Part shown: in pieces, positions 8,732-17,732 of the stretch
Layout: the number at the start of each line of letters is the position of its first letter
Numbering within the stretch: position 1 is the first letter of the stretch
Source of the DNA: Cellvibrio sp.
Lineage (GTDB): Bacteria; Pseudomonadota; Gammaproteobacteria; Pseudomonadales; Cellvibrionaceae
Assembly: GCA_016712405.1 (NCBI GenBank)
Contig: JADJRD010000006.1
Coordinates: forward strand, 8,875 to 72,874
Length of the DNA stretch: 64,000 bases
Direction of reading: 5' to 3'
Notes under the pieces: model-generated
Seen by the model: only the letters and a program-made list of their open reading frames with translations
The model's database searches: none
What the model was told of the DNA's origin: nothing
Made by a program: the position numbers and the translations under genes

Positions 8732-11047
8732 TTAGAAATTGTAGTTTAGAGTAAGACGCGCTGTTCGTGCGTCCCCTTTATACACAAATGACCCCGATCT
8801 GTAAGCAGCAAGGTAATAATCCTTGTCTGTTACATTGCCAAGATTCAAGCGAATATCCAAATCTTTATTAACGTCATAAACGGCAAATAAATCCAATACC
8901 GCATAAGCCGGAATAGGCTGACTGTAATAATACTCGCCATTAGCATCCAACGCTGATGCGGCGGCAGAATCGGGTTGACCTGCGTAACGTTCACTTTCAT
9001 ATTTCCAAGCACCACCCAAAGCAAAACTATCAAACATCTGGTATTTCAACTGCAAATTAACTGACATATCAGCAAAGTTGCTAATTGTTTTACTGATATT
9101 AGCGGGTGTTGCTGACTCGAGAACTTCGGCTTCCATGAATGCCAAACCTGCTTGAGTCGTTAATTTGGGAGTGATCTGGCCGCTTGCACCAAACTCAATT
9201 CCACGAACACGAATTTCACCAGTATTAAAGGTGCCAACAGAACTGTAATTCGCACCTTCCATAATGTCTGATTTAGTCACTTCGAAAATCGCACCAGTGA
9301 GCAACAAGGTTTCATCAAACAAATTCCATTTAGTTCCCAATTCATAATTATCGGAACGTTCAGGTTTTGCACCCGCAACACTGCCATTAAAAATCACCGT
9401 GCCACCGTAACCACTGCTGGTGCCCACATCTGATTCGCCGCCATTAATATCCGCCGCAGTTGACCAAGTAAAATACACATTACCAATATCATTGATGTCA
9501 TAAACAACGCCCAAGTGACTATTGCTAATCGTGTCGGAATACTCATAGCGAGCTTGAACTAAGGTTGCATTTTGCGTAGCCAAATCAAAATCAAATTTAT
9601 CGGCACGAACACCAGCGAAAACCGTCCAGCGATCCGTGAGGTCAACTGTATCCATAATTGACAGGGATTGAGTTTTAACAGCCCAATCAATATCCCAATA
9701 ATTTTTCGAAATAACACGATTCATCACAGTATGAATATTGGCAACTTCTTGACCGGCTTTATCTATCACACACCAAGCATTCGGTGTCGTTGCAGTTGCA
9801 CCGGTATAACAATTTTGGCCCGAATTGGTCACCAGATAGGTACCATTTAATACTGAGTGATCCGTGTATTCCGCACTGACAATAAATTCGTTATTCAAGC
9901 CAGCAATTTCTTGATTAACAAACAAATTGGTTTGGTTAGCCAAGTAATCCACTTCTTGCCAACCCTGATGCGTGCTCAAACTAACTGTTTGATAAACACC
10001 ATTGGGATCAATTGCATTGGTTGTTGTCGCACGCGCTCCGGTCGCCACATAACCATTATTGGATGTTCCTTTTCGCGTAATGTTGGTGATGCGCAAATCT
10101 GAATTGAAACGGTATTTCATACGTGCGGTGAATGTATCAACATCTGATTCTAAAAAGTCCTGACGCTGCAGATAGACAGGAGCATTTTTCTCCGGCTTAC
10201 GATTAGGCACTATCCCAACCAGATAACTCCCTAAATCCGGATTGTCTTTCGCGTCTAATCCGTAGTAATCCAGTGTCATTTCAAAAGATTCAGTGGGCGC
10301 ATAAAAACCGGAAAGTGCAACGCCGGTACGTTCACGATCAGCAGGTTCGCGTGCAGGAACATCTTCTTTTGCAGATAACAAATTCGCTCGAATAGCAAGG
10401 CTGTCCGTTAATGCCTGATTGGCATCCAGAGTGACACGATAATAATTGTCCGTACCCAAACCAGTGGATAAACGAGTGTAATCAAAATCAGTTGTAGCCT
10501 GCTTGGTGATTGCATTGACCGCACCACCCGAACTTCCACGACCCGCGAAACTGGAATTCGGCCCCTTGGTAATTTCAACTTGCTCAACAACAAAACTTTC
10601 ACGAATTGTCATTCCAGGATCACGCAAACCATCAACAAAAATATCGCTGCGCACTTCTTGCCCGCGAATAATATAACGATCACCAAATGCGTTGCCGTTT
10701 TCACCTGTACCCAATGTAATTCCAGGCTGAGAATCGAGAATAGCCCGCAATTCGGTGTAACCAGAGTCTTCAATTTCTGCTTTGGTTAACACGGTTATAT
10801 GTTTAGGTGTTTCTGCAATCGGGCGTGGGTGGCGCTCATCACCTGAAAGCTGTGCTTTGTAGGGAACACCGGGTTGTGCGTTGGGGTTGGCATCCAATGC
10901 CGTCGATTGTACTTTTACTGTTTTCAATACTTTGACATTTTCTGCTTGCTTATTGTCATCTTCTGTTTGTTCAGCCGCCGCTGCCCCCATTGGCAGCAAC
11001 ATGGCAGCAGCAATACCCAAGGCCAATTTATTTTTGATTTGATTCAC
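8732..11047 (-). CDS. TonB-dependent siderophore receptor, Fiu/PiuA-like
   Basis: Signal peptide, plug motifs PGITLGTGE and IRG, VEITKGP, C-terminal LNYNF. Confidence 0.9.
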   Translation of the reverse strand: MNQIKNKLALGIAAAMLLPMGAAAAEQTEDDNKQAENVKVLKTVKVQSTALDANPNAQPGVPYKAQLSGDERHPRPIAETPKHITVLTKAEIEDSGYTELRAILDSQPGITLGTGENGNAFGDRYIIRGQEVRSDIFVDGLRDPGMTIRESFVVEQVEITKGPNSSFAGRGSSGGAVNAITKQATTDFDYTRLSTGLGTDNYYRVTLDANQALTDSLAIRANLLSAKEDVPAREPADRERTGVALSGFYAPTESFEMTLDYYGLDAKDNPDLGSYLVGIVPNRKPEKNAPVYLQRQDFLESDVDTFTARMKYRFNSDLRITNITRKGTSNNGYVATGARATTTNAIDPNGVYQTVSLSTHQGWQEVDYLANQTNLFVNQEIAGLNNEFIVSAEYTDHSVLNGTYLVTNSGQNCYTGATATTPNAWCVIDKAGQEVANIHTVMNRVISKNYWDIDWAVKTQSLSIMDTVDLTDRWTVFAGVRADKFDFDLATQNATLVQARYEYSDTISNSHLGVVYDINDIGNVYFTWSTAADINGGESDVGTSSGYGGTVIFNGSVAGAKPERSDNYELGTKWNLFDETLLLTGAIFEVTKSDIMEGANYSSVGTFNTGEIRVRGIEFGASGQITPKLTTQAGLAFMEAEVLESATPANISKTISNFADMSVNLQLKYQMFDSFALGGAWKYESERYAGQPDSAAASALDANGEYYYSQPIPAYAVLDLFAVYDVNKDLDIRLNLGNVTDKDYYLAAYRSGSFVYKGDARTARLTLNYNF

Positions 11048-11099
11048 TCTAGATCCCCTCTGTTAAAAATGTGTGTTTAATTTTTTTTTTAAAACGAAC

Positions 11100-11396
11100 T
11101 TAATCCTTGAATTTTTTCTTCATGATGTCTCCGGTCACCGGATCAAAATACACTTCTATCTCCTCGAATTTTTTTCCATCTTTTCTTAAGGCCCAACCAT
11201 AAATTTCATAGCAACTTCCGGATTGCTGAAATTTTTTAATGGCAAACCCATGCTCGTTCACAATTTTCTTTTGCATATCCAAAACGTGTAGCCACTCCTT
11301 TTTGGGCTTATCGGTACAACTAATATCGCTATGAGCCTGCACCTGAATACCGCTCATCAAAGCCATTAACGCAACAAAGCCTTTAATTCTTTTCAT
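11100..11396 (-). CDS. secreted PepSY-domain protein
   Basis: Signal peptide, CYEIYG, EVYFDPVTG. Confidence 0.8.
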   Translation of the reverse strand: MKRIKGFVALMALMSGIQVQAHSDISCTDKPKKEWLHVLDMQKKIVNEHGFAIKKFQQSGSCYEIYGWALRKDGKKFEEIEVYFDPVTGDIMKKKFKD

Positions 11397-11459
11397 AAAC
11401 CAACCTCTAAAAACAATTCGTAGTAATTGCTAACTTAAGATCCCATTTGCTTAAACGAT

Positions 11460-11478
11460 GCAGATGATATTCATTCTC
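11460..11478. promoter_or_regulatory. Fur box
   Basis: GCAGATGATATTCATTCTC, 14/19 match to GATAATGATAATCATTATC, between divergent iron-uptake operons. Confidence 0.7.
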
Positions 11479-11518
11479 GAATGGATCCATTATATGGAAT
11501 TGAATTGTATTTTCAAGC

Positions 11519-11537
11519 GGGAATCGTTATCATTTGA
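11519..11537. promoter_or_regulatory. second, weaker Fur box
   Basis: Reverse complement TCAAATGATAACGATTCCC, 12/19 match. Confidence 0.5.
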
Positions 11538-11559
11538 AAAAAATTTACTCTATGAACTC

Positions 11560-12192
11560 ATGAAACTGAAACACTCATCTTGGTATTGGTTAATCCTGGT
11601 GACTTTTATTCACCTGGCCGCTATCGCCTATGCAATCAAAGCTCCCCTTACCCCCACTAAAGCGCTGGAACCCAGTGTTCAAGGTTTTTTGATAAGCACA
11701 CCCAAGCCTGAAGCCTTACCACTACCACCCCAGCCCGAACCGAAAAAGCCTAAAAAGCGAAAACCAAAACCGCTGGAACAACCTAAATACATACCTAAAG
11801 CCCCCCCATCTGAACACGCAATCAAAGCGGACGAGCCAGTCGCCGCACCAGTGGAAGTTCCTGAAGAGCTAGTAGAAGAAGAGCCGGATGATGAACCTGC
11901 ACCCGTCATACCCCCCAGTGCCGATGCATTAGGGATACAAAACCCTGCACCACCCTACCCCGGCTTATCTCGCCGATTAAGAGAGGAAGGAACCGTGACA
12001 CTAAAACTTCTGGTGAACGCGGATGGCAAGGTAGGTGCCATTGAGGTCGTCAACAGCAGCGGTTACAAACGATTGGACGATGCAGCTCTTAATGCAATCA
12101 GCCGTTGGCATTTTTCACCGGCAACCCAAGCTGGCGTGGCTATAGATTTTTGGTATGAAATTGATTTTGAATTTAGTTTGCGTAAGAAATAA
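11560..12192 (+). CDS. tonB: energy transducer TonB
   Basis: N-terminal TM helix with His, Pro/Lys-rich linker, YP...EEGTV TonB C-domain; start reassigned to ATG 11560. Confidence 0.9.
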   Translation: MKLKHSSWYWLILVTFIHLAAIAYAIKAPLTPTKALEPSVQGFLISTPKPEALPLPPQPEPKKPKKRKPKPLEQPKYIPKAPPSEHAIKADEPVAAPVEVPEELVEEEPDDEPAPVIPPSADALGIQNPAPPYPGLSRRLREEGTVTLKLLVNADGKVGAIEVVNSSGYKRLDDAALNAISRWHFSPATQAGVAIDFWYEIDFEFSLRKK

Positions 12193-12240
12193 TTCTGCGC
12201 AATTAAACAATAGATGATTTAACAATGATGAGGTTTTGTT

Positions 12241-12960
12241 ATGGAATCACCCTACGGTATTGCATCAGTTTGGACCCAAGGCGACTTGGTTATTAAAGGA
12301 ATTGCTATTACGTTATTGATTATGTCCATCATCAGTTGGTGGGTCATTATTATCCGAGCGCTGGGTCTATTGAAATTACGTCGTCCGGAAAAAGGTTTGC
12401 ACGATTTTTGGCACGCGCAAAATTTTGCCGATGGCTTGCGTACTTTAGGCGAAGACCGTTTCAATCCATTTCGTCATTTAGCAGAAGAAGGCCAAGCCGC
12501 TGTAGATCACCACACCAATCACAAAGATGATTTGCACGGACACTTGCCACTGGGCGAATGGTTAACCGCTTGTTTGCGCGGTGCAATTGACGAAAGCGCA
12601 GAAAGATTACAACGCGGCTTGGCAATTCTCGCATCCGTCGGTTCCACTGCGCCTTTTGTTGGATTATTCGGGACTGTGTGGGGAATTTATCACGCGTTAG
12701 TGAGCATCGGTACTGGTGGGCAATACAGTTTGGATAAAGTTGCAGGCCCCGTCGGCGAAGCCTTAATCATGACAGCTTTTGGTTTGGCAGTCGCAATTCC
12801 TGCGGTGCTGGGTTACAACGCACTCACACGCGCCAACAAAGGTGTGCTAAATAAATTAAATCGTTTTGCCCATCAATTACACGCATACTTTATTACTGGC
12901 AGCCCAATTCAAACACAAAAATTTAGCGTGACAAAATTGTCACCCCGCAAAGAGGTCTAA
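12241..12960 (+). CDS. exbB: ExbB (MotA/TolQ/ExbB family)
   Basis: APFVGLFGTVWGI, EALIMTAFGLAVAIPA. Confidence 0.9.
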   Translation: MESPYGIASVWTQGDLVIKGIAITLLIMSIISWWVIIIRALGLLKLRRPEKGLHDFWHAQNFADGLRTLGEDRFNPFRHLAEEGQAAVDHHTNHKDDLHGHLPLGEWLTACLRGAIDESAERLQRGLAILASVGSTAPFVGLFGTVWGIYHALVSIGTGGQYSLDKVAGPVGEALIMTAFGLAVAIPAVLGYNALTRANKGVLNKLNRFAHQLHAYFITGSPIQTQKFSVTKLSPRKEV

Positions 12961-12962
12961 TC

Positions 12963-13373
12963 ATGGCATTTGGCGGCGGACTCGATGACGAAAACGAAGT
13001 CATGAATGAAATCAACATGACACCCTTGGTGGATGTGATGTTGGTTTTATTAATTATTTTTATTATCACAGTGCCAGTATTAACTCACTCAGTCAAAGTG
13101 GATTTGCCCCGCGCGGACAATACACCCAATGAAGTAAAACCCGAAACTATCAATCTGGCAATTGATGCTCAGGGAAAAATTTTCTGGAACGAAACCCAAA
13201 TCAATTTCGAAGAATTGAATACACGTTTAATCACCGAAGCTAACAAAAAGCCACAACCGGAAATTCATATTCGCGGCGATAAATCAGTTGACTACGAACA
13301 TGTAATTAAAACGATGGCGGCCGTACAACGCGCAGGAATTTTGAAATTGGGATTTGTGACTGAGCCAGAGTGA
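12963..13373 (+). CDS. exbD: ExbD
   Basis: INMTPLVDVMLVLLIIF, IRGDKSVDY. Confidence 0.9.
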   Translation: MAFGGGLDDENEVMNEINMTPLVDVMLVLLIIFIITVPVLTHSVKVDLPRADNTPNEVKPETINLAIDAQGKIFWNETQINFEELNTRLITEANKKPQPEIHIRGDKSVDYEHVIKTMAAVQRAGILKLGFVTEPE

Positions 13374-13429
13374 AACAAGCCTGAATCAGCGAGAGTTAAT
13401 AGTGAGAGTTAAGAGCAATACACCAGCCC

Positions 13430-15147
13430 CTATCGCGTTAAAAACAATACGAATAATGCAACTAACCAACCACTGAAGGCTAAGATTTTCCAAAACATTT
13501 CCGGGTGCGCCTCCATTAATGGTTGCGCGCGCCGCGAGACCCATCGCGGATTGGGATGTTTGAAATCCTGCAACCATTCTGACAAGGCCTTATAACGTGC
13601 ATTGGGTGAAATGCTTAAGGCTTTTTCTAGCGCTTTATCTAACCAATAAGGCACCAATGGATTATGTTGCATAGCAGAAATATATTTTAATTTTTGTAAT
13701 TTATGTAAATCCGTTGCATTGGCATAATGACCACCATAAGGTAGTTTTCCAGTTAGCATTTCATATAACAATACCGCTAACGAAAACTGATCCGATGCTT
13801 GACTGACAGCACCCTGATATCGATATTCGGGTGCAGAATAATCCGCAGTACCTAAAATAATATCGCGCGTAAAAGATACTGATAATTCTGCAATTCCGGC
13901 GACCCAGCAAGAACCAAAGTCAACAATCACCGGCCCTTGCTACTCATAACAATATTGTCAGGTTTTAAATCCTGATGCAGAGTGTCTTTACGATGAAACG
14001 CGCTGATCCCGCGAATTAATTGCTCCATTATCTCAACCGCATCCACAATTGCTAATTGTCCACGTTCTTTTAACAACTGTGTAAGCGTTTTGCCAGTGAT
14101 GTACTCCGTTAAATAATAAAGACAAGTTCGTGATTCAGGTGACTCCAGTATTTTTGCAACGCCCGTTCCCTGAACACGCGCACCAATCCAGGACTCCATA
14201 ACAAATCGTTCTATATAGGCCTGATCATCCTGAAAATTAACAGAAGGTGTCTTCATTACCATCAGCGTCTTTTTTTCATTTTCCACCAAATAAACCTGGC
14301 TACGTGTCGATTCATGAAGAATTTTCTTTACACTCAAACCATCAATCAATTGACCAGGAGATAAAAAAGGCGGAAAGGGTAATTGCGATAAAATGTGGAT
14401 CGCATCGTTTTGGCTTGCGCTGCCAACAGCCTCAATCACTGCAACCTGAATACTAATGTTGTCGTCACTCTGATGCGCCAAGGCTGCATCAATTGCGCAA
14501 TTTACCAATCCTTCAGGATTATTTTTATGCTGGCAAATTAAATCCTTGAACTCCTGATGCGGAATAAATTCATGAATGCCATCGCAACTTAAAATAAAAA
14601 CATCACCCACTTCTACATCAATAGTATGCAAATCCACATCAACATAAGGGTCAGCACCCAATGCACGGCTTAAATATTGAGTCTTGCGATCAATGCGCTG
14701 CGTGTGATCGCGAGTCAAACACTCCAAGTCTTGTTTGCGTAAACGATAAACACGCGTATCGCCCACATGAAAAATAAACGCTGTAGAGCCTTTTACAATG
14801 AGCGCTGAAAAAGTGGTGAGATAACCTCCACCATAAATGGAGTTCTGGCTACGCCCAAACAAACTGGCATTAAGTGATTGAATAACACGCACAGCGGATT
14901 GCTGGGTACGCCATGTGTCGGGCGTGGAGTAATAGTCGGATAAAAAACCCGTAATCGCTGTTTGGCTGGCTTCGCGTGCAGCCAAACTACTGCTCACACC
15001 ATCCGCAATCGCAATCGCGATACCTTTATTGGTGAGTGCATATCCCGTTGGAATACGAGCACCAATGGTATCCTGATTTTCAGGTTTTGCGCCCGCCTCA
15101 CTCCGTTGCGCAAAGTTTATTTTCAAGTGAGATTGTAAATGATCCAT
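13430..15147 (-). CDS. bifunctional PP2C phosphatase / Ser-Thr kinase with C-terminal TM helix; one missing base near 13932
   Basis: PP2C motifs IADGV, HVGDTR, SCDG, DDNIS; kinase motifs HQDLKPDN, DFG, YSAPE; adding one C gives SKG-P-VIVDFG and joins ORFs 13927..15198 and 13430..13930. Confidence 0.85.
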
Positions 15148-15273
15148 TTTGCACCGAAGTTGATAGTTATTAAAATTTGATGCGTAATTATTGTGCATTT
15201 ATGAATAAAAAATATAGCAAAAAAAGCCTGGTGGAAAATTGAGCTAAGAATAATATTCAATAGAGGCAGCCAT

Positions 15274-15327
15274 TCCAAAGTAGGATCATTCATTGCCAAA
15301 GTAAGATCATTGATTACCAAAGCTGGC
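15274..15327 (+). promoter_or_regulatory. putative ANTAR (NasT/NasR-type) hairpin array in the nitrate transporter leader
   Basis: TCC-AAAGTA-GGA, GCC-AAAGTA-AGA, ACC-AAAGCT-GGC at exact 21-nt spacing; hexaloops with A1 and G4. Confidence 0.5.
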
Positions 15328-15376
15328 TCATTTATTGCGTACTATGAGAAATCATTCTCTTTTGGAGCCTTGCAGC

Positions 15377-16843
15377 GTGAAAAATTCTAGTGCCAATTTA
15401 CAGTTTTTCTCTTTTGTCGGAAAAACAAAAATCCTTCACCTGACCTGGATTGCCTTTTTTATCACCTTTCTCGTCTGGTTTAACCATGCCCCAATATTGT
15501 TAGCCATCCAAACAACGCTGGGCCTGAGTGACGATCAAATTAAAACCTTATTGATACTCAATGTGGCTCTCACCATCCCGGCTCGTATTGTCATCGGCAT
15601 GCTGGTTGACGTATTAGGGCCACGTAAAATCTATTCATTATTACTCGTCATCACAGGACTACTTTGTTTTTTCTTTTCATTTGCCACCAGTTTTGAAGCA
15701 CTTGCCTTAGCGCGTTTTTTATTGGGCTTTGCCGGTGCCGGATTTGTTATTGGTATTCGCATGATCAGTGAATGGTTTCCTGCTCGACAACTGGGCTTGG
15801 CAGAAGGTATTTATAAAGGACTCGGCAACATAGGTTCAGCGGCAGCAGCTATATCCATTCCTACACTGGCATTGGTTTTTGGTGGCGATGAAGGCTGGCG
15901 TTATGCAACCGCATTAACTGGCGTCATTGCCATACTTTACGCAGCCGTTTACTTTTTTTCAGTAACCGATACCCCCGCTGGTTCAACCTATTTTAAACCC
16001 AATAAATCTGGTGGCCTGCCCGTCACATCGAAAGCCGATTTTATTCAATATTTACTGATCAACATTCCAATGTACGCAGCATTATCGCTACTCACATGGA
16101 AAGTCACATCGCTCGGGTTACTGAGTTCAGAAGCCATGTATATAATTAATGCTCTTTTGGCTGGATTATTTTTGTATCAATGTCGAAAAATCTATCATGT
16201 CAATGCTGATATATTTATCAAACCTGTTGAAAAAACACATCAATATAAATTCAAACAAGTCACCATTTTAAGTTTGGCTTACGCGGTGACCTTTGGCTCA
16301 GAACTCGCTGTGGTTTCTATGCTGCCAATGTTTTTTAAATCGACATTTGCTATTCCGGTTGCTTTAGCCGGCATTTTTGGCGCTTGTTTTGCCGCGACGG
16401 ATATTTTGTCTTGCCCTTCAGGTGGATGGATTAGCGATAAATTCGGCCGAAAAAAATCCTTAATTGTTTTATTGCTCGGCGCCTCTGTTGGTTTTTTTGT
16501 GTTATCGCAAATTAACGCAGATTGGCCCATTGCATTAGCAGTCGCGGCGATGATGTTGAGTTCATTTTTTCTCGGTTCTGCTGGAGGCTGTGTGTTTGCC
16601 GTAGTCCCTTTAATTCGTCGCAGCTTAACTGGACAAATCGCCGGTATCGTTGGCGCTTATGGCAATGTTGGTGCAGTAATATTGTTAACCGTATTTTCGT
16701 TTGTCTCTACACCTATATTTTTTATCACCATTTCCGCGAGTATTTTTGTTGTTGCCATCGCCGCATTTTTATTAGAAGAACCTAAAGACAAAATGTTTGA
16801 AGTGTTGCCCGATGGATCAGTACAAATGATTGATGTGCATTAA
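15377..16843 (+). CDS. narK: NarK/NasA-family nitrate/nitrite MFS transporter
   Basis: LHLTWIAFFITF, GAGFVIGIRMISEWFP, FGSELAVVSMLP, GIVGAYGNVG; GTG 15377 after GGAG preferred over ATG 15335. Confidence 0.85.
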   Translation: MKNSSANLQFFSFVGKTKILHLTWIAFFITFLVWFNHAPILLAIQTTLGLSDDQIKTLLILNVALTIPARIVIGMLVDVLGPRKIYSLLLVITGLLCFFFSFATSFEALALARFLLGFAGAGFVIGIRMISEWFPARQLGLAEGIYKGLGNIGSAAAAISIPTLALVFGGDEGWRYATALTGVIAILYAAVYFFSVTDTPAGSTYFKPNKSGGLPVTSKADFIQYLLINIPMYAALSLLTWKVTSLGLLSSEAMYIINALLAGLFLYQCRKIYHVNADIFIKPVEKTHQYKFKQVTILSLAYAVTFGSELAVVSMLPMFFKSTFAIPVALAGIFGACFAATDILSCPSGGWISDKFGRKKSLIVLLLGASVGFFVLSQINADWPIALAVAAMMLSSFFLGSAGGCVFAVVPLIRRSLTGQIAGIVGAYGNVGAVILLTVFSFVSTPIFFITISASIFVVAIAAFLLEEPKDKMFEVLPDGSVQMIDVH

Positions 16844-17200
16844 TGTCTATAACCGATTCATCAATGAATACCTGGCATTTGGATAGTCACCTGGCGCTTT
16901 CGGTCGGGCAATATTCCGATGCCGGAATCAAAACCAACAATGAAGATTCCATTTTTGATCGCGTTGAATCGATGGCTGTATTCGCGAGGCCGTGAATTTC
17001 AAGATGCCAAGAAAGGCTATGATGAAGACCTTTCTGCTTTTATAAACGAGCTCACACACCCCAATCCTAAATACAAAAAAGTATCAAGCCGTTTTGGCCG
17101 AACACCCTTCTTTCAACAATGGCAGCTAATTGCAGGAGCATTATTTCTTGCGCTAGCAGCAGAAACTATTTTTATTTGGGCACTTTACTCATCACCCAAC
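16843..17200 (+). pseudogene. collapsed remnant of a second PP2C-kinase paralogue
   Basis: ATG overlaps the narK stop (TAATG); reads ...LALSVGQYSDAGIKTNNEDSI, then over frameshifts *IDGCIREAVNF and DLSAFINELTHPNPKY...WQLIAGALFLAL, matching both termini of the 13430..15147 protein. Confidence 0.7.
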
Positions 17201-17393
17201 TCAGATGATTCCTGCATTTCCACATTCGTAATTACCTTTTGTACCAATTTCACACGACCAATTTTCACTAATGCATCACGCAACACAAATTCAATTTGAG
17301 CATTTAAACTACGTAAATCATCATCAGCCCATATAGCCAGCTCACTTGCATTCTATTTTGGTGTGTGGGATTTACATTTAGCGGTACCCACAT
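17185..17393 (-). pseudogene. degenerate ribbon-helix-helix (Arc-like) small DNA-binding protein
   Basis: ELAIWADDDLRSLNAQIEFVLRDALVKIGRV on the minus strand; in-frame TAG upstream and no in-frame start. Confidence 0.6.
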
Positions 17394-17442
17394 TAAATTG
17401 ATATCTAAATGATATCCCTCGGTTCGCCAAGGGGGGGGCATT

Positions 17443-17631
17443 ATGAATCATGAAGTTCAAGCAGACTGTGGGTCTGGGTATTTGTTATTGGTGTTGTTGA
17501 TATTGCAATTGGCCAGCCTGCGTAATTTGGCAACCACTTATCCTTATGAACAACGACTTAAGACCAAAGCCAACCATAATTTTGATTTTTTTACCTGTCC
17601 GATAAAGGTTTCACTCATGGAGCCAAACTGA
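17443..17631 (+). pseudogene. collapsed SPFH/band-7 protein remnant
   Basis: Strong G-rich RBS, N-terminal SGYLLLVLLIL segment joined directly to SLRNLATTYPYEQ, which I recall as an internal SPFH motif. Confidence 0.5.
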
Positions 17632-17732
17632 CAGAATGGCACCTTTGTTTTATACATGGGCGCACATCCTCTTAAGTATTGTAATTTGCGTATTTTTTTC
17701 ACTTCATACATACACCGACAGAAGACATAAGC

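Noticed and set aside
15150-15245. NtrC sites (TGCACC; TGCGTA-N5-TGTGCA) and a sigma54 promoter before narK
   Set aside because: Only half-site matches, and no GG-N10-GC with correct spacing was found
16919-17299. 126-aa ORF as a novel protein
   Set aside because: It is a chimera of the kinase C-terminal remnant and the antisense strand of the RHH remnant
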